DNA of 64,000 bases from Nannocystis bainbridge (lineage in GTDB: Bacteria > Myxococcota_A > Polyangia > Nannocystales > Nannocystaceae): positions 1 to 64,000 of the forward strand of contig NZ_JAQNDL010000001.1 in NCBI RefSeq assembly GCF_028368995.1, written 5' to 3'. Below, piece after piece: positions 40,293-48,867 of this stretch (the stretch's first letter is position 1; each line of letters begins with the position of its first letter). The notes beneath the pieces were generated by a model. It worked only from the letters and a program-made list of their open reading frames with translations, did no database searches and was not told the origin of the DNA. The position numbers and the translations under genes are program-made.

Positions 40293-40332
40293 GAAGACAT
40301 GCTCCTTCGGACATGCTCTTTAAACCATGTCC
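40281..40332. repeat. 14-bp-period palindromic array, 4 units, covering the PepSY start
   Basis: TCGCATGCTC ATGA AGACATGCTC CTTC GGACATGCTC TTTA AACCATGTCC. Confidence 0.85.
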
Positions 40333-42786
40333 TCACATCATGGCCCCCCACGTGCGCCAGAACCACCGCTCGATCCGGCGCGCGCCCGCCGTCCAGACCC
40401 GGCGGTTGACCTTGCCGCGCTTCCAGCTGGTCCGGGCCTGCTCGCCGGCCTTGCCGCGGATCCACTCGTGGGCGAAGCCCAGGTTGAAGTAGAACGTGCG
40501 CGGCCGCATCGCCAGGATGCCGCCGTTGATGTCGTCGGAGCGGGTGAACCACACCTCGTTGAGCAGGTTCTTGACGCCGACGGTCGCCTCGAGCCGCCAG
40601 CCCTGCGGCAGGCTGGTGCGGTAGCCGAGCCACGCGCCCATCAGCGTGTAGGCCGGCATCGTCCCGACCTCGCCGGTCGCGCGCGGCGCGTCCCAGTTGG
40701 CGTAGTCGGTGTACTGCTTGTCGACGAACTCGACCTTGGTGCCGACGCGCAGGCCGAACGGCGCCTCGTAGCTGGCCGCGCCCCACACCTCGTGGGCCGG
40801 GTACCACGGCATGCGGTTGTTGGTGTAGAGGTCGCGCAGCACCCGGCTGCCGTTGTACGCGTAGCCGGCGTTGAGCTCGAGCCCTTCGACCTTCTCCCAC
40901 ACCTCGCCGGGCAGCCACTCGACGTCGACCTCGGCCCCGTAGGTGTGGGCCGCCGGGATGATGTCGATCGCGTTCTCGCCCTCGTCACGCAGGTTGTTGA
41001 AGTAGCGGTACCAGCCGTCGACGGTCGCGTACACCCCGCCGAGCTCCATCAGCTTCACGCCCGCCTCGACCGTGTCGGCCAGCTCGGGCTTGATGAAGCG
41101 CAGCGCCCGGCCCATCGCCTCGCCGGGGTTGATCGGCTGGATCGCGCCCGACAGGTAGCTCGGGGCCCCGAACGAGCGCCCGTAGCCGAGGTAGAGCCCG
41201 ACGTGATCGCCGCCGTACCACAGCGACGCCGCCGGCAGCGGCCCGCCGTACAGCGGCCGCGGGTAGCTCAGGCCCTCGAGCACGTTGTAGAAGCTCTGCT
41301 TGGTCAGCTCGAGGCGCACGCCGGCGGTCAGCACCAGCTTGGTGTCGAGCAGATAGATCTTGTCCTCGAGGTACAGCGAGTAGCCGCCGATCCGGCCGTC
41401 GAAGCAGCGCAGCGCGTCGGGCGAGCCCTCGGGCAGGAGCGTGCCGCGCGGGCACACGCGCGCGTCGCCGTCGGCCTCGAGCTTGTCGCCGGGGCGGTCG
41501 GGGAACTCGACGCGGAAGCCGCGGATCCGCGCCGTCTCGAACACCCCGCGGGTGCCGATCGAGAGGTCGTGGAAGCCGCCGCGGTGGCGCACGCGGAACG
41601 CGTAGCGCGGCTCGATGCCGACCACGTCGAACGCCCGCGGCTGCACCAGCAGGAACGTCGGCGCCGCGCCGAGGTTGCGGTCCTCGTTGGTCGCCTGGAC
41701 CACGCGCCGCAGCGTGTGGCTGTAAAACGCGATCACCTGCAGCTCGTGCTCGGCCTTGGGCCGCCAGTGCAGCTTGAGGCTGGTGCCCTCGCGGTGGCCG
41801 TTGAAGGTGTCGTACGGGCGCTTGCTGGCGAACCGGTCCTCGGCGTACAGCTCGGAGTCGACGCCGCCGGGCAGGTTGGTCTTCTCCCAGAACAGGTGCG
41901 TGCTCGACAGCAGGTCGAGCCGCTTCGTCAGCGGCACGGCGAGCTTGACGATCCCGCCGTGGCTCTGAAACTCGCTGTGCTCGCGGTACGTCTTGCCGAA
42001 CCGCGGCGCGTACTCGACGTACACGCCGACGCCCTTGTGCGTGCCGCCGTACGAGGCCGCCGCGCCGGCGTCGCCGAACTGGTCCGACTGGGCGAACACC
42101 GACACCGTCGGGTTCTTCGGGATCGGGTGCGAGACCATGTTGAACACGCCGCCCGACGTCCACGGCCCGAACCGCACCGACGAGCCGCCGCGCACGGTGT
42201 CGACCTTGGCGATCTGGAACAGCGACAGCGGGAATAGCACCATCGACGGCGCGCCGTACGGCGCCGGCGCCACCGGCACCTCGTCGAGCAGGATGGTCGC
42301 CTGCTCCGACAGCCGCGGGTCGGCGCCGCGGACCGCGAGGTTCAGCTTGGTCGACGAAGTCGAAAGCGCCGACGCGCCCTCGACCGCGCGCACCCCCGGG
42401 ACCTTGTCGAGCAGCTCCGCCACCCCGCTCGCGCCCTGGGCCTTCGCGTCGTCGACGTCGACCACCCGGCGCCCGCCCGCGTGGCGGTGGGCGTCGACTC
42501 GGGTCGAGCGGCCCAGCAGGTCGGTCGTGACCTCGATGTCGCGCGACTCGCCGGGCAGCAGCTTGGTGTCGCTCGCGGGCGGCGTGCTCACCGGCGCGGC
42601 CACGCTCGCGGCTGCAGCCCCGGTCGAACCTGGCTCTTCGGGCATGCTCTTCGGGACCTGTCCCGCGGAGAATGTCCAATCGGGCCTGTCCTCGGGGGCA
42701 GGTACCTCCGGCGCGGCGTCCGGCCCCGCGTATGCGCGAGGGTCGGCCGCCAGCAGCAGGGCGAGTGGGAGCGCGAGCGACGACAC
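40333..42786 (-). CDS. TonB-dependent receptor, FecA-like
   Basis: Plug: LLDKVPGV, NLAVRG, ILLDEVPVAPAPYG, VRGGSSVRFGP..GGVFN; barrel end GVKNLLNE.W...PRTFY. Confidence 0.93.
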   Translation of the reverse strand: MSSLALPLALLLAADPRAYAGPDAAPEVPAPEDRPDWTFSAGQVPKSMPEEPGSTGAAAASVAAPVSTPPASDTKLLPGESRDIEVTTDLLGRSTRVDAHRHAGGRRVVDVDDAKAQGASGVAELLDKVPGVRAVEGASALSTSSTKLNLAVRGADPRLSEQATILLDEVPVAPAPYGAPSMVLFPLSLFQIAKVDTVRGGSSVRFGPWTSGGVFNMVSHPIPKNPTVSVFAQSDQFGDAGAAASYGGTHKGVGVYVEYAPRFGKTYREHSEFQSHGGIVKLAVPLTKRLDLLSSTHLFWEKTNLPGGVDSELYAEDRFASKRPYDTFNGHREGTSLKLHWRPKAEHELQVIAFYSHTLRRVVQATNEDRNLGAAPTFLLVQPRAFDVVGIEPRYAFRVRHRGGFHDLSIGTRGVFETARIRGFRVEFPDRPGDKLEADGDARVCPRGTLLPEGSPDALRCFDGRIGGYSLYLEDKIYLLDTKLVLTAGVRLELTKQSFYNVLEGLSYPRPLYGGPLPAASLWYGGDHVGLYLGYGRSFGAPSYLSGAIQPINPGEAMGRALRFIKPELADTVEAGVKLMELGGVYATVDGWYRYFNNLRDEGENAIDIIPAAHTYGAEVDVEWLPGEVWEKVEGLELNAGYAYNGSRVLRDLYTNNRMPWYPAHEVWGAASYEAPFGLRVGTKVEFVDKQYTDYANWDAPRATGEVGTMPAYTLMGAWLGYRTSLPQGWRLEATVGVKNLLNEVWFTRSDDINGGILAMRPRTFYFNLGFAHEWIRGKAGEQARTSWKRGKVNRRVWTAGARRIERWFWRTWGAMM

Positions 42787-42793
42787 GGCCGGC

Positions 42794-43966
42794 TCAGGGC
42801 ACGACGACGGCCGTGGCCCCGCGGATCCGCAGGCTGCGCTCGGGATCGGTGAACAGCGGCCCGAGCTCGTCGTGGACCGCGAACTTCCAGCTGCCCGGCG
42901 CGTCGGCGGTCGGCTCGGTGATCTCGTAGACCGTGCCGCCGATGCCGACGGCGTAGAGCGAGCCCTGGACCCGCGCGAGCCCCTCGATGTCGAAGCCGGC
43001 CGGGATGTCGTCGATGTACGGCCCGTAGGCGCGCGGCTCCGGCTTGTCGCCGGTCGCGGCGACGCGCAGCAGCTCGTGACGGCCGGTCGGCAGCGACTCG
43101 GACATCTCGCCGCGGACCAGCGCCAGCACGTCGCCGTCGGGCCCGGTGGCCATGTCGCCGGCGACGCCGACCTTCTCGTCGAACTCGGCGTGGATCGAGC
43201 AGATCGGCGCGCACGCGTAGTAGGACGGGTCCTTGCTGATGTCGCTCGGCAGCACGCAGTGCTTCGGCGCGGCCAGGAACTCGGGGTCGAGCGCGAACAG
43301 GGCGCCGCGGGCGTCGAGGCCGTTGCCGGGCTTGCCGGCCGAGGCGGCGAACAGCGCGTCGCCGACGAACTCGAGCCCGTTCATGCTCTGGCGCCAGTAG
43401 CAGGCGTCGGTCGCCGCGTCCTTCACGTCGCCGTACTTGAAGGCGTAGCGGACGCTCTCGATGCGGTTGTCGGCGCGGGTCCAGTCGGGCACGCCGAGGG
43501 TCATCAGGCCCCACTCGTCGTTGAGCGGGTCGTAGCTGAGGCCCCACAGGCCCCGGTCGGCGTGCCAGGCGATGTCGCGCACGGTGAACCGCATCAGCGA
43601 CGTGTCGGCCATCGAGATCGAGCCCATCTTCTCGTCGAGCCACAGGTTGCCGACCTTGGCCAGGCAGCCCTCGCCGTCGCACTTGCGCGACGGGTCGTAG
43701 AGGTACATCGCGCTGCCGACGAACCGGCCCTTGCTGTCGAGCGCGAAGTTGCTCTGGAAGTTGGCCCCGCCGTCGGTCGGCTTGGTGTTGACGATCAGCA
43801 TCAGCTCGCCCCGCAGCGGCTGATCTTCGGGACAGCCTTCACAGAGGTCGACCTCCGGCGGCAGTCCATCACCCTCGTACGTGTCCGGCTGCATCGGCTC
43901 GAAGCCGACGCAACCCGACGCGACCGTCGCCACGCCGGCGAGGGCAATATTGAAAATCGTTTTCAT
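42794..43966 (-). CDS. Lipoprotein of unknown function (beta-rich, Cys-containing)
   Basis: MKTIFNIALAGVATVASGC lipobox; GC3-biased frame; stop 7 nt before the receptor start. Confidence 0.82.
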   Translation of the reverse strand: MKTIFNIALAGVATVASGCVGFEPMQPDTYEGDGLPPEVDLCEGCPEDQPLRGELMLIVNTKPTDGGANFQSNFALDSKGRFVGSAMYLYDPSRKCDGEGCLAKVGNLWLDEKMGSISMADTSLMRFTVRDIAWHADRGLWGLSYDPLNDEWGLMTLGVPDWTRADNRIESVRYAFKYGDVKDAATDACYWRQSMNGLEFVGDALFAASAGKPGNGLDARGALFALDPEFLAAPKHCVLPSDISKDPSYYACAPICSIHAEFDEKVGVAGDMATGPDGDVLALVRGEMSESLPTGRHELLRVAATGDKPEPRAYGPYIDDIPAGFDIEGLARVQGSLYAVGIGGTVYEITEPTADAPGSWKFAVHDELGPLFTDPERSLRIRGATAVVVP

Positions 43967-43967
43967 T
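43949..43967. promoter_or_regulatory. Fur-box-like inverted repeat
   Basis: ATTGAAAATCGTTTTCATT (TGAAAA-N3-TTTTCA), AT-rich island overlapping the start codon at 43966. Confidence 0.7.
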
Positions 43968-44043
43968 TTGCCGGTTCTGTAGCACCGGAGTTCCCCGGGG
44001 GTCAAGGGGGGAACGCTCCCCAAGAAACAGGAAATCAATGACC

Positions 44044-44068
44044 TTGCAAATGATTTTCCTTTTCATTA
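44044..44068. promoter_or_regulatory. Second Fur-box-like AT-rich site
   Basis: TTGCAAATGATTTTCCTTTTCATTA upstream of the divergent lipoprotein. Confidence 0.5.
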
Positions 44069-44112
44069 TGACCGGCGCCGTTCGCTCGAAAGCGTTCCCT
44101 CAGGAGACTTCC

Positions 44113-45381
44113 ATGCGCCTGCGCAGCCTTCCCCTACTCGCCCTCTCGTTCGGTCTCGTCGCCTGTCCCGGCAGCGGCTCGGACACCGACGGCAGCACCA
44201 CCGACTCCACCACCGCCGGCCCGACCACCGAGCCGTCGACCGAGGGCACCGCGGGCACCGAGACGGCCGGCCCGACGACCACCGAGGACGAGCCGACCGC
44301 CGGCACGACCGGTGAGCCCGGCGGCGACCTGAACCCGCACACCCTGGGCGACCACGCCAGCCAGGGCTGCATCGACGCCATGGCCGGCGCCGCGACCTTC
44401 CTCGCCGCCACCGCCGAGTTCGACGCCGACGCCGCCGCCGCCGCCTACACCGACGCGCTCAAGATCTACGTGCAGGCGCTCGACACCGCCAACGAGCGCG
44501 ACGACGACAGCGCCATCACGGCCGCCCTCGCCGACGCCGACGGCCCCGGCGCCGCCCTGGCCGAGGGTCACCTCTACACCAGCCTGATGTTCCAGCTGCG
44601 GGCCAACCTCTCGGCCGTCGAGACCGGCGCCGAGGACAAGTACGCCGCCTGGGACGAGGCCCACTGCGTGTGGGACGGCGGCCTGCGCAGCCTGGCCGAG
44701 CGGGCCCAGGCCGAGGGCTGGACCGGCGCCGGCGACCCCATCGTCGCCGACATCGACGCCGCCTTCGCCGCCGGCCACGACGGCCTCAGCGGCGAGCCGC
44801 CGAGCACCGCCGGGGACGACTGGCGGATCCCCCCGAACAAGCAGATCATCGAGAAGACGCTCTTCCGCGCCGCCCACCGCGACATCGTCGGCCAGTCGAT
44901 CGGCGCGACCATGGCCGTCGACGCCGCCCGGGCCGCCCGCGCGCTCGGCGTGTTCGGCATCGTCCGCGACCGCCTGCAGGACCGCAACACCCCCGGCATC
45001 GCCGTCATCGAGGCCATGCTGGCCGGCGACCCGGCCATGATCAGCGGCTCGCTGATCGCGGTCGAGATGGACAAGGCGTTCGCCAAGCGGACCCGCAACT
45101 ACGCCGACCAGGCGTTCAGCGAGGGCCTCGGGATCCCGCCGAGCTACAAGGGCGCGGTCGAGGGGCGCACCTATGCCAAGCTCATCGTCGCCGGGATGGG
45201 TTCGGCGATGATGAACACCGAGGCCTACCTGGCCGACTGGGAAGAGTACGCGGAGCTGGTGCGGACCGGCGACGACGAGGCGGCGGCCCAGGAGGTCAGT
45301 CAGCGGCTCATCGACGCCACGTGCGCCTACCAGACCGCGCTCGGAATCGCCGCCTGCACCGGCAGCGATGACGAGACGTAG
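44113..45381 (+). CDS. All-helical lipoprotein, probably iron-regulated (imelysin/FEA1-like?)
   Basis: CAGGAG RBS; GLVAC lipobox; Thr/Gly linker; WDEA motif; family call is tentative. Confidence 0.8.
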   Translation: MRLRSLPLLALSFGLVACPGSGSDTDGSTTDSTTAGPTTEPSTEGTAGTETAGPTTTEDEPTAGTTGEPGGDLNPHTLGDHASQGCIDAMAGAATFLAATAEFDADAAAAAYTDALKIYVQALDTANERDDDSAITAALADADGPGAALAEGHLYTSLMFQLRANLSAVETGAEDKYAAWDEAHCVWDGGLRSLAERAQAEGWTGAGDPIVADIDAAFAAGHDGLSGEPPSTAGDDWRIPPNKQIIEKTLFRAAHRDIVGQSIGATMAVDAARAARALGVFGIVRDRLQDRNTPGIAVIEAMLAGDPAMISGSLIAVEMDKAFAKRTRNYADQAFSEGLGIPPSYKGAVEGRTYAKLIVAGMGSAMMNTEAYLADWEEYAELVRTGDDEAAAQEVSQRLIDATCAYQTALGIAACTGSDDET

Positions 45382-45408
45382 GTCGACGGCGCAATATGAC
45401 CGCACTGC

Positions 45409-45825
45409 ATGGCCGCGATTTTTTCCGGGTACAGCGAGTTCGGCCGAGTCCTGGCCGACTACATCACGCGTGAAGCCTCGGTGCGCGGGGCGGTGCTCAG
45501 CGACAACGAGGGCGACGCTGTCGACCTCGCCTTCGATGAGGACCGCACCACCGCCCTCGAGGTCCAGATCCTCGGCGCCCAGCTCGACCGGGCCGCCGAG
45601 CGGCTGTCCACGTGGTTCCAGGATCGCGGTCGAGGCCCCTGTGAGATCTTGATTGAGGCAAGTCACGGGAGCCTCTGCTACGCGTTCGTCGCGGGCGCCT
45701 ACGTGCTCGCGGTCTTCTCCGAGCCCGCCCAGGGCGACGACGAGGCCCGCTCCGCCGAGGCCGAACGGGTGCTCGCGGGCTTCCGGGGCCTGCGCCGTGA
45801 CATCGAGGCCCTCCTGGAGGCCTGA
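45409..45825 (+). CDS. Roadblock/LC7 (MglB-like) domain protein
   Basis: VRGAVLSDNEGDAV...YVLAVF pattern; 138 aa. Confidence 0.65.
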   Translation: MAAIFSGYSEFGRVLADYITREASVRGAVLSDNEGDAVDLAFDEDRTTALEVQILGAQLDRAAERLSTWFQDRGRGPCEILIEASHGSLCYAFVAGAYVLAVFSEPAQGDDEARSAEAERVLAGFRGLRRDIEALLEA

Positions 45826-46278
<453 letters not shown>

Positions 46279-46318
46279 GCCGCCGTCGGCGCTCGCTTCA
46301 CCAACCGATACGATCTCA

Positions 46319-46349
46319 AGAGCGGCGCCACGGCGCCGCTCTCCGTTTT
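46319..46349 (+). terminator. Probable intrinsic terminator
   Basis: AGAGCGGCGC-CACG-GCGCCGCTCT then CCGTTTT. Confidence 0.65.
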
Positions 46350-46650
46350 GGGTCGCGCCCGCGCCGGCCGACCCCCGTCGTTCGCGCTCGCGTCCGAAAG
46401 GATCTCGCCGCGAAGGTCACCCGGACCGAGGGCATCGCGCCCTGCCGGCCCCGCTTCACGCGGGCATCGCCTCGCCCGCGATCGCGGCGCCTCCCCCGGC
46501 CCGGGCGGGCCTCCCCTGAAGCGCGCGGGGGCCTTCACGACCGGTCGCGCGCCGCGTGAGCATCCTTCGCGCGTCCCGACCCCGCGATCGCCTGCAGGTC
46601 CGAGCGAGGGCCCTGACATTCGCCCGCGCCCCGGGGACACTCTCGCCAGC

Positions 46651-47688
46651 GTGACCCCCTCGCCCGCACCTGCGCCTGCCGCCGCGCCCGCGCGCGTGTG
46701 GCTGCGCGTCGGCCTCTCGCTGGCGATCACCGGCCTCGCGCTGTGGCTGGTCCAGCGCCAGCTCGATCCCGTGCCCGGCACGCTCGAGATCGCGTCCTGG
46801 GGCCTGCCCGCCTACCTGGCCACCCTCCTGGTCTACGCCTTCCTCCGCTCGGCGCGGTGGTGGTTCCTCGTCAGGCCTTTGGGACAGGTTCGCTTCGGCG
46901 ACGTCATGCTCGTCGGCCTCGCCGGCGCGCTGTGGATCGTCGCGCTCCCGTGGCGGCTCGGCGAGCTGGTGCGTCCGGCCCTGCTCGCGCGGCGCAGCGG
47001 CATCCCGGCCAGTCAGCTGCTCGGCACCGTCGCCATCGAGCGCGTCGTCGACGGCCTTTGCGTGTGCGCGGCCTTCTTCGTCGCCGCCGCCGGCGCCCCC
47101 GACGTCCCGGCGCTGTCCGGCCTCTACGCCGCCTGTTACGCCGCCTTCGCCCTGTTCGCCGCCGCCCTCGCCGTGCTCGTCGCGCTCGCCCGCTGGCCGG
47201 CCGCGCTCGAGCTGCTGCTGCGGCGCGGGCTCGGGCGGATCGCCGCGCGCCCGGCCGCCATCCTCGCCGACGTCGCCCGCGGCCTCGCCGAGGGTCTGCG
47301 CGCCCTGCCCTCGCTGCGCCCGCTGCTGCTGTTCCTCGTTGGCACCATCGCCTACTGGGGCACCAACGTGTTCGGCATGGCCCTGCTCGCGCGCGCCTGC
47401 GGCCTCGACCTCGGCCCGCTCGAGGCGCTCGCCGTGCTCGCCGTCCTCAACCTCACCCTCCTGGTCCCCGGCCCGCCCGCGCACGTCGGCACCTTCCAGC
47501 TCGGCGTCGCCGCCGGCCTCGGCCTGTTCCTCCCGCCCGACGTCGTGCGCGCCGGCGGCTCGACCTACGCCTTTTTCCTCTACACCTGCCAGCTCGCCAT
47601 GATCGCCGCGCTCGGCATCGCCGCCATGCTGCGCCTGCGCCTCGGCTGGCGCGCCGCCTTCGACCTCCGCCCGGGCCCCGGCCGATGA
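46651..47688 (+). CDS. Lysylphosphatidylglycerol synthase TM / flippase-like (UPF0104) protein
   Basis: RSARWWFL, LPWRLGELVR, GTVAIERVVD, PGPPAHVGTFQ; GTG 46651. Confidence 0.88.
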   Translation: MTPSPAPAPAAAPARVWLRVGLSLAITGLALWLVQRQLDPVPGTLEIASWGLPAYLATLLVYAFLRSARWWFLVRPLGQVRFGDVMLVGLAGALWIVALPWRLGELVRPALLARRSGIPASQLLGTVAIERVVDGLCVCAAFFVAAAGAPDVPALSGLYAACYAAFALFAAALAVLVALARWPAALELLLRRGLGRIAARPAAILADVARGLAEGLRALPSLRPLLLFLVGTIAYWGTNVFGMALLARACGLDLGPLEALAVLAVLNLTLLVPGPPAHVGTFQLGVAAGLGLFLPPDVVRAGGSTYAFFLYTCQLAMIAALGIAAMLRLRLGWRAAFDLRPGPGR

Positions 47689-47700
47689 ACGCCACGCCGC

Positions 47701-47780
47701 GCACCTGCCTGTTCGGCCATGTCCTTACCGACATGCCCCTCGGCGCATGTCCCTTGCGGCATGTCCCGACGAACATGTCC
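47701..47780. repeat. 14-bp-period palindromic array, 6 units
   Basis: GCACCTGCCT GTTC GGCCATGTCC TTAC CGACATGCCC CTCG GCGCATGTCC CTTG CGGCATGTCC CGAC GAACATGTCC. Confidence 0.9.
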
Positions 47781-47797
47781 CCGAGGAGCCCCCGCTC

Positions 47798-48775
47798 GTG
47801 AGCCCGCGCCTGCGCACCGCGATCAAGCTGCTGCTCGGCCTCGGCCTGCTGGCCGCGCTCGTGTGGTCGCTGGTGCCCGGCGGCGACGCCCTGCGGGCCG
47901 CGTTGGCGCGGGCTGAGCTGCGGCCCGGCTGGCTCGGCGTGTGCCTGCTGGCGACCTTCGCCGCCACCCTCGTCACCAGCGCGCGCTGGCGGCTGATGGC
48001 CGAGGCGATGGGCGGCAACCGCCTGCCGCTGATCGCCTACTTCCACAGCCTCGCGCTGACCAAGATCCTCGGCCAGGTCAGCTCGGCCTTCGTCATGGAC
48101 ATTGTCGGCCGCGGCGTCGCGCTGCGGGCCGCCGGTTCGCAGCGCGGCCTCGGCCACGCGATCACCCAGGCCGTGCTCGAGCGGGTGTTCGACCTCGTGC
48201 TCCCGGTCATGCTGCTCGCCTGGGCCCTGGTCGCCTGGCGCGGCCAGTTCAGCGCCGCCGAGGCGGCCGGCTCGTTCGCCGGCGTGTGCCTGCTGTTCGC
48301 CGCGCTCGCCGCGGTGTGCCTGGCCCCGCTGACGCGCCTGGCCCTGCGCACCTATGCGGCCGCGCGCGACCTGCGAGCCCGCCTGCGCCGGGTCGCCGCC
48401 CCCGACGAAGCGCTCGAGCCGCCCGTCGTGAACCGCCGCCTCGCCGTCCAGATCGGCGTCTACAGCCTGCTGCGCTACCTCTCGGCCATGCTGCTGTTCT
48501 GGTCGACCGCGGCCGGCATCGGCGTCGACTTCAGCTTCTTCCAGATCGCCGCCGCGACCCCGATCGGCCAGCTCGCCGGCATGCTGGGCTTCACGCCGGG
48601 GGCGCTGGGGATCCAGGAAGCCGGGTGGGTCGGCGGCTTCAAGTGGGTCGGGGCCGACGACGCCGCGATCGCCCTGTTCGTCCTCAGCTCGCGCCTCGTC
48701 ATGACCGCCTCGTTCGCCGTGCTGGTGCTGATCAGCTGGCCGCTGCTCCGCCGCAGCCGCGCCGCCCAGGCGTGA
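47798..48775 (+). CDS. Second lysylphosphatidylglycerol synthase TM / flippase-like protein
   Basis: SARWRL, VLERVFD, TPGALGIQEAG; GAGGAG RBS before GTG 47798. Confidence 0.88.
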   Translation: MSPRLRTAIKLLLGLGLLAALVWSLVPGGDALRAALARAELRPGWLGVCLLATFAATLVTSARWRLMAEAMGGNRLPLIAYFHSLALTKILGQVSSAFVMDIVGRGVALRAAGSQRGLGHAITQAVLERVFDLVLPVMLLAWALVAWRGQFSAAEAAGSFAGVCLLFAALAAVCLAPLTRLALRTYAAARDLRARLRRVAAPDEALEPPVVNRRLAVQIGVYSLLRYLSAMLLFWSTAAGIGVDFSFFQIAAATPIGQLAGMLGFTPGALGIQEAGWVGGFKWVGADDAAIALFVLSSRLVMTASFAVLVLISWPLLRRSRAAQA

Positions 48776-48789
48776 GCCGACGCTGCGCG

Positions 48790-48855
48790 ACGCATGTCTC
48801 ATCGGCCATGCCCTCGCGGACATGTCTGCTTCGACATGTCCGATTCGACATGCCC
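48790..48855. repeat. 14-bp-period palindromic array, 5 units
   Basis: ACGCATGTCT CATC GGCCATGCCC TCGC GGACATGTCT GCTT CGACATGTCC GATT CGACATGCCC. Confidence 0.9.
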
Positions 48856-48867
48856 CCAAGGGACACA

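Noticed and set aside
46651-48775. MprF-type aminoacyl-lipid synthase
   Set aside because: Both genes have only the UPF0104 TM domain; no synthase domain.
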